64,000 nt of DNA from a virus. The notes below the pieces were generated by a model. That model was not told the DNA's origin. It made no database searches and worked only from the letters and a program-made list of their open reading frames with translations. The translations under genes and the position numbers were made by a program. Positions 56,644-64,000 of this stretch are shown here, piece after piece; the first letter of the stretch is position 1; each line of letters begins with the position of its first letter. The DNA is taken from IMG/VR virus record IMGVR_UViG_3300030102_004647, positions 14,954 through 78,953 of that record; one strand, written 5' to 3'.

Positions 56644-57687
56644 ATGGCTAACCATACGCCAGGATTTAGGTGGTCCGAGGAAAAAGAGAAATACATCAAA
56701 GAGCTTCTGAGAAAACATCCAGACACCTCTTTGCGAGAACTCGCTGACTACTTTGGCATCTCTTCCAATGCAGTCCGCAAAAAAATCAAGAAGATGGGAT
56801 TCACACTTCGGGGACTTCGGGCCGGTGAGTTTTTTATCGAGCCGGAGTCCGAACCGCAAGAGGTCGAGATGTCGGAAGTGTGGTCTGCTTACGAAAAGCA
56901 AAACGAGATCAAGATTGCCAAGCATAAGAACGATGGCAGATACATCGCAGAGTTTCCCGAAGAGGTTATCGCGGTGTCTTTTATTAGTGACCAGCACATA
57001 GCTGGAAATAACATCGTAGCTCTCAAACGAATGAGAGAGGATGCGGAGTTGATTGCAAACACTCCCGGCCTGTACGCATGCCTGGGAGGTGATTCTATCG
57101 ACAACCATATCAAACATCGTGCTGCTGTTCTCGCGGCCCGAACTACTCCAGGCGATCAGTACGAACTATTCGATTACTACTTGAGTCTGTTCTCCGACAA
57201 GATCCTTGGAGTGATCACAGGCAACCATGACGACTGGACTCCCCAGGTCTCCGGTACGGATGTGATCGCATCCATTTGTGCGAAGCACGGGATCTCTTTC
57301 AGCAGTGACGAAGCTCGGATCGCAGCGTATGTCGGTGATCAAGAATATCGACTTGCATGGCGTCACAAGTATCGCTTCGGTAGTCAGATGAACCAAACAC
57401 ACAGCCCGAAACAGTGGTATAGATTCGGGCCGGAACCATTTGATGTCGGCGTAGTATGCCACCATCATGAAACGGCCATCGAGGCTTGCATAATGCACGG
57501 CAAGCAAACCTGGGTCTGTCGGCCAGGATCCTACCAGATCAATTCATCCTATGGTCGCCAGGGAGGCTTCAACGATTCTCTGCCCGCCTGCCCGACATTC
57601 TTACTGTATCCGCACCACAGACGAATCATCGGATTCCCAGACGTTCGTGATGCAGTGATTACTCTGAACGCTGAGAGGAATCAGTGA
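56644..57687 (+). CDS. HTH plus calcineurin-like metallophosphoesterase
   Basis: N-terminal HTH (LRELADYFGISSNAVRKK); SDQH, GGDSIDN, GNHD, H, CHHH. Confidence 0.85.
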   Translation: MANHTPGFRWSEEKEKYIKELLRKHPDTSLRELADYFGISSNAVRKKIKKMGFTLRGLRAGEFFIEPESEPQEVEMSEVWSAYEKQNEIKIAKHKNDGRYIAEFPEEVIAVSFISDQHIAGNNIVALKRMREDAELIANTPGLYACLGGDSIDNHIKHRAAVLAARTTPGDQYELFDYYLSLFSDKILGVITGNHDDWTPQVSGTDVIASICAKHGISFSSDEARIAAYVGDQEYRLAWRHKYRFGSQMNQTHSPKQWYRFGPEPFDVGVVCHHHETAIEACIMHGKQTWVCRPGSYQINSSYGRQGGFNDSLPACPTFLLYPHHRRIIGFPDVRDAVITLNAERNQ

Positions 57688-57910
57688 TCACTTGGTGCTG
57701 AGTTTCGATCCAGCATCGTGCGCCACATGAAAGCGGATCGTCGGGCCGGTACACGACCCGTGCGATCTCGTTGCCTTCTTTGTCCACGATCACTGCTTGA
57801 TGTGCGTATCGATTCTCTTTGTAATCTTTCACCGTCAACACAGGCTCGGCCTTCCCATTTTTCTGGTTGGACTTAACCTTGTGTTGATTAACATGAATGA
57901 TCGTTTTCAT
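57659..57910 (-). CDS. Conserved small phage protein
   Basis: IHVNQH...PVLTVK...PLSCGARCWIET family pattern. Confidence 0.7.
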   Translation of the reverse strand: MKTIIHVNQHKVKSNQKNGKAEPVLTVKDYKENRYAHQAVIVDKEGNEIARVVYRPDDPLSCGARCWIETQHQVITDSSQRSE

Positions 57911-57937
57911 CTTGTCCCAAGATGGAAAGGGAATCTG

Positions 57938-57953
57938 GTGCATACGTCTGCAC
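57938..57953. repeat. 16-bp palindrome (intergenic)
   Basis: GTGCATACGTCTGCAC. Confidence 0.8.
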
Positions 57954-58312
57954 TACTTTGCGAAGACTTCTGTCATCCAAGTTGTTGTCACTTTGATAAC
58001 TGAAAAGTCTCCCTCCGCATGTAAATGGTTAGCCACCGCACACGCATCCTGATAAGTGTCTCGAAAGATTGTTCCAATAATCTCTTGAGTAACCAAGTGC
58101 AGATGTCCACGGATCTCCGTAAGTAGAACACCCTTATTTCTCAAATCTTCAACGTCCTTTGGATCGACAGGCCAATAAGTGTTTTCACCTTCGGTCCATG
58201 TAACATCTTGGTACATGTCAAAGATCTTGTCTTTGACCTCTAGGAGTTGATAACCTTCCGTAGTTTTGTTGAGAACCCTATACACGAATCGTACTTCATA
58301 CTCTTCTGCCAT
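57953..58312 (-). CDS. Hypothetical protein
   Basis: Packed ORF. Confidence 0.55.
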   Translation of the reverse strand: MAEEYEVRFVYRVLNKTTEGYQLLEVKDKIFDMYQDVTWTEGENTYWPVDPKDVEDLRNKGVLLTEIRGHLHLVTQEIIGTIFRDTYQDACAVANHLHAEGDFSVIKVTTTWMTEVFAK

Positions 58313-58319
58313 AATGTTC

Positions 58320-58589
58320 TCACTTCTTTTTTGATCCATAAGGGCGACCAAGCTTTGGCTTGTTCGGTTTGAACTCGATGATTTCGTCCCGTCTAATCAA
58401 CCAAGTTCTGACACCGTACTTCTCACCATAGAATCCTTTGGATGCAAGATTCCTAGCTTGCCGTACCGAAACATTCAAGTAACGAGCAACCACTTCCATC
58501 GGGATATGATCAGTGGTCGGGAAACCTAGTTCCTTGCACAGCCGATCAATGTGGTTGCTTTCCTTCTTTTTGTCTATCGCTGTCGTCAT
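58320..58589 (-). CDS. Excisionase-like HTH DNA-binding protein
   Basis: EVVARYLNVSVRQARNL...G.K.G..WLI; GRP AT-hook. Confidence 0.7.
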   Translation of the reverse strand: MTTAIDKKKESNHIDRLCKELGFPTTDHIPMEVVARYLNVSVRQARNLASKGFYGEKYGVRTWLIRRDEIIEFKPNKPKLGRPYGSKKK

Positions 58590-58639
58590 CTAAATACCTC
58601 ACAAAAGGGTTAAGTAAAAAAAACATAACTGATATCGGA

Positions 58640-59287
58640 TCATCCTGTCAAGTCTCTCATAGGAAATTCTTGATCAAGATTATTTGTCGTCACTCCCCAC
58701 TGAAAACCACAACTCGGACACTGATGTGCTAGTCGTGCGGAATAGACATGCAAGTTTGAACCGTATATCTCAAAATGTGTGCGAGTCCTCAATCCTCCTG
58801 GGATTGGAATGTTGAACACCAACTCGGTGAAAGTTGTGTTCGATTCGTCCATCGAATTGTACTTCTCTGCACACGGGGGCCAGAGGCAGCGGGCCGGATT
58901 CCTGAATCGTTCCTCGCACCCTTTGAATATCCTGTCAAACATCCAGATCCACTTCTTTTCTTTAGGATCATAGGGATCGTTGAAGAACTCCCAAAGCGTA
59001 TGGTTTCGTAACTGAGGAGCTACATCTTGCCACCATTCGTATGCCTCTTGTCGGATCGGGCCGCGAACTCCAACGTGAAGAAATGGCTTAGTAGCAACAT
59101 CCTCAATCGTCAGGAACCATCGTTGGCTTAGTTTAAGCCCATCCTCTGGATCAAGTCCGACACTGCCAGCGATATACTGATCCCACAACCACTTGTAATC
59201 ACAGTGTGCCCAGTAAAACTTCGAGGGTTTTTTTTGAACGCTGTACGCTAACTGTATGCGTTCCTCTGCTTCAGCAAACGGAATCAT
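58640..59287 (-). CDS. Hypothetical protein
   Basis: 215-aa ORF with C-terminal CPSC. Confidence 0.6.
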   Translation of the reverse strand: MIPFAEAEERIQLAYSVQKKPSKFYWAHCDYKWLWDQYIAGSVGLDPEDGLKLSQRWFLTIEDVATKPFLHVGVRGPIRQEAYEWWQDVAPQLRNHTLWEFFNDPYDPKEKKWIWMFDRIFKGCEERFRNPARCLWPPCAEKYNSMDESNTTFTELVFNIPIPGGLRTRTHFEIYGSNLHVYSARLAHQCPSCGFQWGVTTNNLDQEFPMRDLTG

Positions 59288-59303
59288 TCGTACCCCCTAT
59301 GGT

Positions 59304-59498
59304 TTAAATCCACGAATAGCTAGTCTCTGTGTCGATTCGCGTACAATGCTTTGGCATTGTTACCGCTATCTTTTGTCCCTTCCGATACTTCCAGTCATGC
59401 CCCAAGAATTCAGCAACTCGCGTTTGCAATTCGTCCCAGTTATCATGCGCCCCTATGGAATCAATCAATTCTTCAGTTGTGTAGGTGTCTGCCTTCAT
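59304..59498 (-). CDS. Early small protein
   Basis: ATGA-coupled chain behind the promoter at 59945. Confidence 0.6.
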   Translation of the reverse strand: MKADTYTTEELIDSIGAHDNWDELQTRVAEFLGHDWKYRKGQKIAVTMPKHCTRIDTETSYSWI

Positions 59499-59728
59499 TT
59501 GTACATACTCCAGTATCGGTTTGATGACTCTGCCAATTTGCGACGATGCTCCTCAATCATCTTCACAGCGTAGTGGATCTGATCGAGGTAATGCGTCTCG
59601 TTCGGATGATTCGGATAATCTTTCAGCGTCTGCCGACAATCGTCTCGGATGTAAAAAAGATCGAGGATGTTAGCGTCAGCGTAGATCTCTCGGAACTTCT
59701 CTTCTGTGATTGGTTTGGATGTAATCAT
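59495..59728 (-). CDS. Early small protein
   Basis: ATGA-coupled; YLDQIHY motif. Confidence 0.6.
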   Translation of the reverse strand: MITSKPITEEKFREIYADANILDLFYIRDDCRQTLKDYPNHPNETHYLDQIHYAVKMIEEHRRKLAESSNRYWSMYK

Positions 59729-59910
59729 TTCCCCAGGAATTCCTTTCGTGCTGCTGTTTCTTCTCGGATGACCTTCTTGATGATTGCGATGCGATGCACA
59801 TCGCCTTCCTCTTCAGCGTTCGCCAAGAACTGTGCCATCTCTCGTTCCGTTGCACCGTGCAACAGGTTTTGAATGTTTCGTGTCAAAGTTTTCCAAATTC
59901 CGTGATGCAT
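59725..59910 (-). CDS. Early small protein
   Basis: First gene after the promoter; GAGGA RBS. Confidence 0.65.
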   Translation of the reverse strand: MHHGIWKTLTRNIQNLLHGATEREMAQFLANAEEEGDVHRIAIIKKVIREETAARKEFLGK

Positions 59911-59944
59911 TGTTTTGTTCCTCGTTGTTGTTTGTTATGTCTTG

Positions 59945-59972
59945 ATTATACTATCCTATATCGGCATGTCAA
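59945..59972 (-). promoter_or_regulatory. Early promoter, CCGATA class
   Basis: TTGACA-TGCCGATATAGGATAG-TATAAT (consensus hexamers). Confidence 0.9.
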
Positions 59973-59995
59973 CCGTAAAAGGATAATTTTTTTAT

Positions 59996-60295
59996 TTATT
60001 TTTCGACGACCACCAACTCGTAAAACAGTTGGTTCCCACTCTTAGTCTTTTGATGGCACCCCGTCTTTAAAATCGTCTTGCCCATGAACTCTGTGATCCA
60101 GAGTTGCGGGATGTTCTTGAACTTACCGCTGACGACCACGCTCGTACCCTTCCAACCGTAATTGGTAACACTCTCCACCGTTATCTCGGTGTGATACTTC
60201 GGCAGACTTGCAACTGCCTCATTGGAAAGGTTGCCAGTTTTGTATACTCGGTAAACCGTCAACTTGCTGCCTGCTTTGATCTCGTTCTTGGTCAT
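59996..60295 (-). CDS. Early hypothetical protein flanked by near-identical promoter repeats
   Basis: ACAAGGA leader. Confidence 0.65.
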   Translation of the reverse strand: MTKNEIKAGSKLTVYRVYKTGNLSNEAVASLPKYHTEITVESVTNYGWKGTSVVVSGKFKNIPQLWITEFMGKTILKTGCHQKTKSGNQLFYELVVVEK

Positions 60296-60332
60296 GTCTT
60301 GGTTTCCTTGTTGCGTTGTTTGTTATGTCCTA

Positions 60333-60360
60333 AGTATACCATCCTATATCGGCATTGCAA
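60333..60360 (-). promoter_or_regulatory. Early promoter, CCGATA class
   Basis: TTGCAA-TGCCGATATAGGATGG-TATACT. Confidence 0.85.
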
Positions 60361-60414
60361 CCCTAAAAGGATACTTTTTTTAAAAATTTTTTTACCCCTA
60401 TTTTTATAGGGGTT

Positions 60415-60852
60415 TTAGTTCATCTCGGGATCGCCTGGGGGATGGACTTGATCATTGTCTGAATCGAGATTGTTCAGATCTTCCCAATTGAAATTCCCAG
60501 ACTTAGCAGCAACAGAGAACGCTGCTTCAAGTTTAAAAAGATAGCTGGCCGCATCGGTCAGAAGGATGCTCCACTTTTCATCACACTCATCTTGAAACTC
60601 GCGGGCCGACATCAAGGCAGCTTCGACAGAACACGCTCGACTAATAACTTCGGAAACAGTTTCCTCTTCGTCATCATCTTCTTCGTCGACATCGTACTCG
60701 TCGGTTGCAACCTCTGCGATCACTGCCCAAGGCAGATCCATTCCGCACTCGCACTCTTCATGTTCGCAGACAGGTTCGTCACCTAAAAAATCGATAACGA
60801 GAAGTTGAATGTTTTCGATGTTACCGCTGAACTCTTCTACTTGTCTTTCCAT
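60415..60852 (-). CDS. Very acidic protein (DNA-mimic candidate)
   Basis: About 40 D/E versus 6 K/R in 145 aa (hand count). Confidence 0.6.
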   Translation of the reverse strand: MERQVEEFSGNIENIQLLVIDFLGDEPVCEHEECECGMDLPWAVIAEVATDEYDVDEEDDDEEETVSEVISRACSVEAALMSAREFQDECDEKWSILLTDAASYLFKLEAAFSVAAKSGNFNWEDLNNLDSDNDQVHPPGDPEMN

Positions 60853-61697
60853 TCCACAGCCTCCATGATCTGTTCGCGTCTATCGTGTTGAATTTGTTTG
60901 TAGTCTTCATTCAACTCGATACCAATCCATTTGCGATCAAGTAACTCGGCAACAACTCCAGTCGTGCCGCTTCCATAAAACGGATCCAATACTGTACCAC
61001 CTTTCGGACAGCCAGCAAGGATGCACAATTTTACCAGATCGGGTGGGTACGTTGCAAAGTGCGATCCAGTGAATGCCTTAGTCGTGATCTCCCAAACAGA
61101 TCGACGATTCTTTTTTTCACCGACTGTGTATTCAAAGTCGCGTCTGGTTTGAAAATCTCCGGTTCGTCCCTGGCCGGATTTGCTGTCAGCATACTTTCCA
61201 CGTTTGACTTTTATCTTCATCCCTGGATGCAACGAGTCTTCAGCAATCGCGGCCTGATCGTAGTAGTATTTTTTTTGTTTCGAGAACATGAATATATATT
61301 CGTGGGATCGAGTGCATCTGTCTGCACAATTTTCAGGTGATGGATTCGGCTTGCTCCAAATGATGTCCTGGCGAAGTATCCATCCATCGGCCTGCAATGC
61401 GAAGGCTAGCTTCCACGGAATGCCTGCGAGGTTCTTGCTAGTGCGTCCAGGTCGCTCCATGATGTACGAATCCCCGATCACTATCCACAGAGTCCCTGTG
61501 TCTTCGAGGGCTTTGCGGGCCGACCTGAAGACTCTCACAAGCTCTACCAAGTATTGCCCCGTAGTCTTCTCTAGGCCGATCTGCGCAGCATCCCCGTAAT
61601 CCCGTAGCTGAAAGTATGGAGGAGATGTCACGATAGAACTTACCGATCCGGCGGGTATCTTTGGAAGTTCTTTCCGTGCGTCACCAAATATGATCAT
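60837..61697 (-). CDS. Site-specific DNA methyltransferase, beta class (N4-C/N6-A)
   Basis: TSPPY, HEYIF, HFATYP, VLDPFYGSGTT, IGIELN. Confidence 0.93.
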   Translation of the reverse strand: MIIFGDARKELPKIPAGSVSSIVTSPPYFQLRDYGDAAQIGLEKTTGQYLVELVRVFRSARKALEDTGTLWIVIGDSYIMERPGRTSKNLAGIPWKLAFALQADGWILRQDIIWSKPNPSPENCADRCTRSHEYIFMFSKQKKYYYDQAAIAEDSLHPGMKIKVKRGKYADSKSGQGRTGDFQTRRDFEYTVGEKKNRRSVWEITTKAFTGSHFATYPPDLVKLCILAGCPKGGTVLDPFYGSGTTGVVAELLDRKWIGIELNEDYKQIQHDRREQIMEAVEWKDK

Positions 61698-61765
61698 ATT
61701 TCAAAAATTTTAAAAAAATTTTCAACGAAAAATGTAGACGATTACGGCTGCATTTAACGAATTTT

Positions 61766-62227
61766 TCAGCGGATGGAGTCGGGTGGATCATTCGCGTTGA
61801 CGAAGCCGAAGCGGTTAGTGTGCGGCATCATTCGAGTGACTATCGTCTTCACAGTTCCAGGGGCATTCGGGCATTGCTCAATCGGGCATCCAGGTGCCAG
61901 TAGTTCATGAGTAATAGGAGGAAAATCTTTGTATGCACGTCTTGTCAAATTATCAAACAGAACGGGCATCTTCCACAGTGCGATCCAGGCTTCAAAGTTG
62001 CACAACTTGCAGTGTTCCTCGATGCTACGTCCTTCAAGTATTGCATCGCGGTCCTCGTCAGAGAGTCGTGCAATATGCGTCTCGATGCAGAGTTGATAAA
62101 CGAGTTCAGGGAAGTGCAGCACACCTTGCCCCATGTAGATCGAGGAGGCATAGATCATCTTAGCGGACAGGGATTCAAAGCCAACACCGGCTTCACCTCT
62201 TTGTTGAGCTAGTAAATCTGGAAACAT
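61766..62227 (-). CDS. Hypothetical protein
   Basis: GGAGG RBS; Cys pairs. Confidence 0.6.
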   Translation of the reverse strand: MFPDLLAQQRGEAGVGFESLSAKMIYASSIYMGQGVLHFPELVYQLCIETHIARLSDEDRDAILEGRSIEEHCKLCNFEAWIALWKMPVLFDNLTRRAYKDFPPITHELLAPGCPIEQCPNAPGTVKTIVTRMMPHTNRFGFVNANDPPDSIR

Positions 62228-62269
62228 GAGATTACCTCCACAGGATTATCAGGAATGCGTCTCTTAGAG

Positions 62270-62590
62270 TTAGCTTGCAAGGAGGCGATCCTTGGCTATA
62301 CGGATCTTCAAGATAGCATCGATGCCCCCCTGCCTCCACAGTTTTTCTTGTGCAGCATTGTCAGGAACAGTACCTGGAATCAAGACAAGTTCGTCCCCGT
62401 TAGTCTCATAGACCCAACCGTTCATCACAGACCAAATAGTCTTGTCGTCACAATGCCAACTGTGCCCCCGATATCTCACAAACTGATACTTTGAAAACAA
62501 AGCATCTTCAAACTCAGTGATCTCTGTCGATGGTCTCCACTTCTCGTTCGGTAGCATGATTGCCATCCTCGTTCTCCATAACATAGTCAA
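62270..62590 (-). CDS. Hypothetical protein
   Basis: AAGGA RBS; first ORF left of the non-coding block. Confidence 0.55.
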   Translation of the reverse strand: MTMLWRTRMAIMLPNEKWRPSTEITEFEDALFSKYQFVRYRGHSWHCDDKTIWSVMNGWVYETNGDELVLIPGTVPDNAAQEKLWRQGGIDAILKIRIAKDRLLAS

Positions 62591-62788
62591 GGTTCCTTAT
62601 CCCCCAATTGTGCAAACCTCGCCCCGCCTTGCAACCCCGCCCATGTCATCCCCCAGAGGCAACAATACCCCGCCCGCTAAACTAAAAAATAAAATTAAAA
62701 ATCATACACACTCGTAGTTTTTGCGACATGCACTGAGAACCGGACACACCACTTTCAAATCGATGTCATTGCAGAAATCGAGACACCA

Positions 62789-63140
62789 TATGTTGTATGT
62801 GTATGTATGCTGTATGTGTTTGTGTGTAATGTGATGTGATTGTTTGCTTCATGCTACGCTGTATGTACTGTGTGATGTGTGTGTCACCCCCCTCCCCCCT
62901 ATGTGTAAACTTATTTATCGCTTTGATGTGTCACCCCCATGTGTTATGTGTGTAAATTATTTCTTTGATGATCATCATGTATATGTGTGTACGTGTGTAC
63001 TACCTATGTACTATGTATGTGTGCCCTATGTGTGTATGTGTGTGTGCTATGTGTTAGCTATGTGTATGTACCATGTATGTGTAACGTATTAGCTATGTAT
63101 GTTCCCCATGCGTTATTGTTATTCATTGTGTATGTGTATG
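62789..63140. repeat. Degenerate (TATGTG)n low-complexity array
   Basis: Dozens of TATGT/ATGTG/TGTG units, strongly strand-biased, interrupted by C-tracts. Confidence 0.85.
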
Positions 63141-63538
63141 CCCCCTCTCTCAGCCCCTCACTCCCTCCCGGCCCCTGACCATCCCCCCCGGTATTAAAAT
63201 TGGGATGTGCTGTCCCCCCCGGAATGTCAGCCCGGTTGTGCAGCTGTATGCACCCTCCCCTACCCCCCTCGGGATGCCCTCGGGATATTTAAAAGAGATC
63301 TTCTGTAGGCTCGGATTGTTCGCAGGAAGATGTTAGCCGCTAAGAGATAACTAGCTAGTTCGTTAGAAATCGATAATAATAAGAGGCACCCCTACCCCCA
63401 CCCCCCTACGCGCGATGTACTACGTGCGCGCGCAGATACTATAGTATCTAGGCTGGTATTGGTGCCGTTAGAGGTTAAATAAGAGCCTCTCAGACCTACC
63501 CAGGGAGGAGTAAAATCTGAGAGACTCGATCAGGATGT

Positions 63539-63847
63539 TTATGCGTTCTGTGCGATGCAGTCCTCCAGGGGTTTTGGGTCGAAATGTAGGTCTCTCTCGA
63601 CCTTCTGGCCGAAGCCGAAGGTCAGGCTCTCCAGTTCGCTCTTGCTCACGTAGCCCAGTTCAGCCATCCCAGGGCCATGTCCCAGGTCGCACCATCCGAA
63701 GAAGGTGTCCTTGCCATCGAACTCGGTGATGTACCAAGTTGCCGCACCTGCGAAGAACTTGACGTGAACGATGGCTTGCATGCCTTTGCCGTCTTGGGCG
63801 TAGATGGCGGGGATCTTGTTTTCGATGGCTTTGGTGAGAAGTTTCAT
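63539..63847 (-). CDS. DUF2958-family protein
   Basis: VKFF...ATWYITE.D..DTFFGWCDLG.G..ELGYVS..EL...VERD.HF. Confidence 0.85.
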   Translation of the reverse strand: MKLLTKAIENKIPAIYAQDGKGMQAIVHVKFFAGAATWYITEFDGKDTFFGWCDLGHGPGMAELGYVSKSELESLTFGFGQKVERDLHFDPKPLEDCIAQNA

Positions 63848-63892
63848 GATCGTGATTCCTTGTTGTTGATTGTTTCTCTCTTGTATGCCCTT

Positions 63893-63920
63893 ATTATAAC
63901 CCTTATCGGCTAGGTTGCAA
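63893..63920 (-). promoter_or_regulatory. Early promoter, CCGATA class
   Basis: TTGCAA-CCTAGCCGATAAGGGT-TATAAT with upstream A-tract. Confidence 0.85.
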
Positions 63921-64000
63921 GCCTAATTTTAGCTTTTTTTTCCTTTTTTTTGGTTTTTTTTCTAGCAGTTGATCGTAGCGAATCGGTAGAGGTCGAGATC

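Noticed and set aside
62844-63178. Cys/Val/Tyr/Met-rich ORFs
   Set aside because: Translation artefacts of the TATGTG array.
1-64000. CRISPR array, tRNA genes, integrase/transposase, reverse transcriptase/DGR
   Set aside because: No regularly spaced repeats, cloverleafs, or recombinase/RT motifs were found by eye.
1-64000. Stop-codon reassignment
   Set aside because: Genes are full length and tightly packed under the standard code, and TAA, TAG and TGA are all used as real stops.

Overview
This window is a 64-kb slice of a large tailed dsDNA phage (siphovirus-like), almost entirely coded on the - strand. The host is probably a Planctomycetota member, inferred from the MLVLSRK-type CsrA, the stand-alone RNAP alpha-CTD and the C1-peptidase/membrane cassette. 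Read in the direction of transcription (right to left) it contains: early small-gene cassettes, each with its own conserved sigma70-like promoter; a DNA methyltransferase; a radical-SAM/methyltransferase/glycosyltransferase cluster; a ~1-kb non-coding, heavily base-paired region with its own promoter and U-tract end (candidate giant ncRNA); a putative peptidase-based lysis cassette; CsrA, alpha-CTD and ParB-like genes; the complete head module (TerS, TerL, portal, MuF, protease/scaffold, capsid); connector and tail genes with about 5 more glycosyltransferases embedded; and an initiator-DnaC-DnaB replication module that runs off the left edge. The most notable unexplained signals are the giant structured RNA at ~49640-50665, a 16-bp palindrome (GTGCAKAYRTMTGCAC) scattered about 14 times including inside genes, 16-bp-spacer promoters that all carry CCGATA, about 12 glycosyltransferases, and a copy of the capsid N-terminal peptide inside another head-region protein. 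All calls come from motif recognition by eye; no database searches were run.
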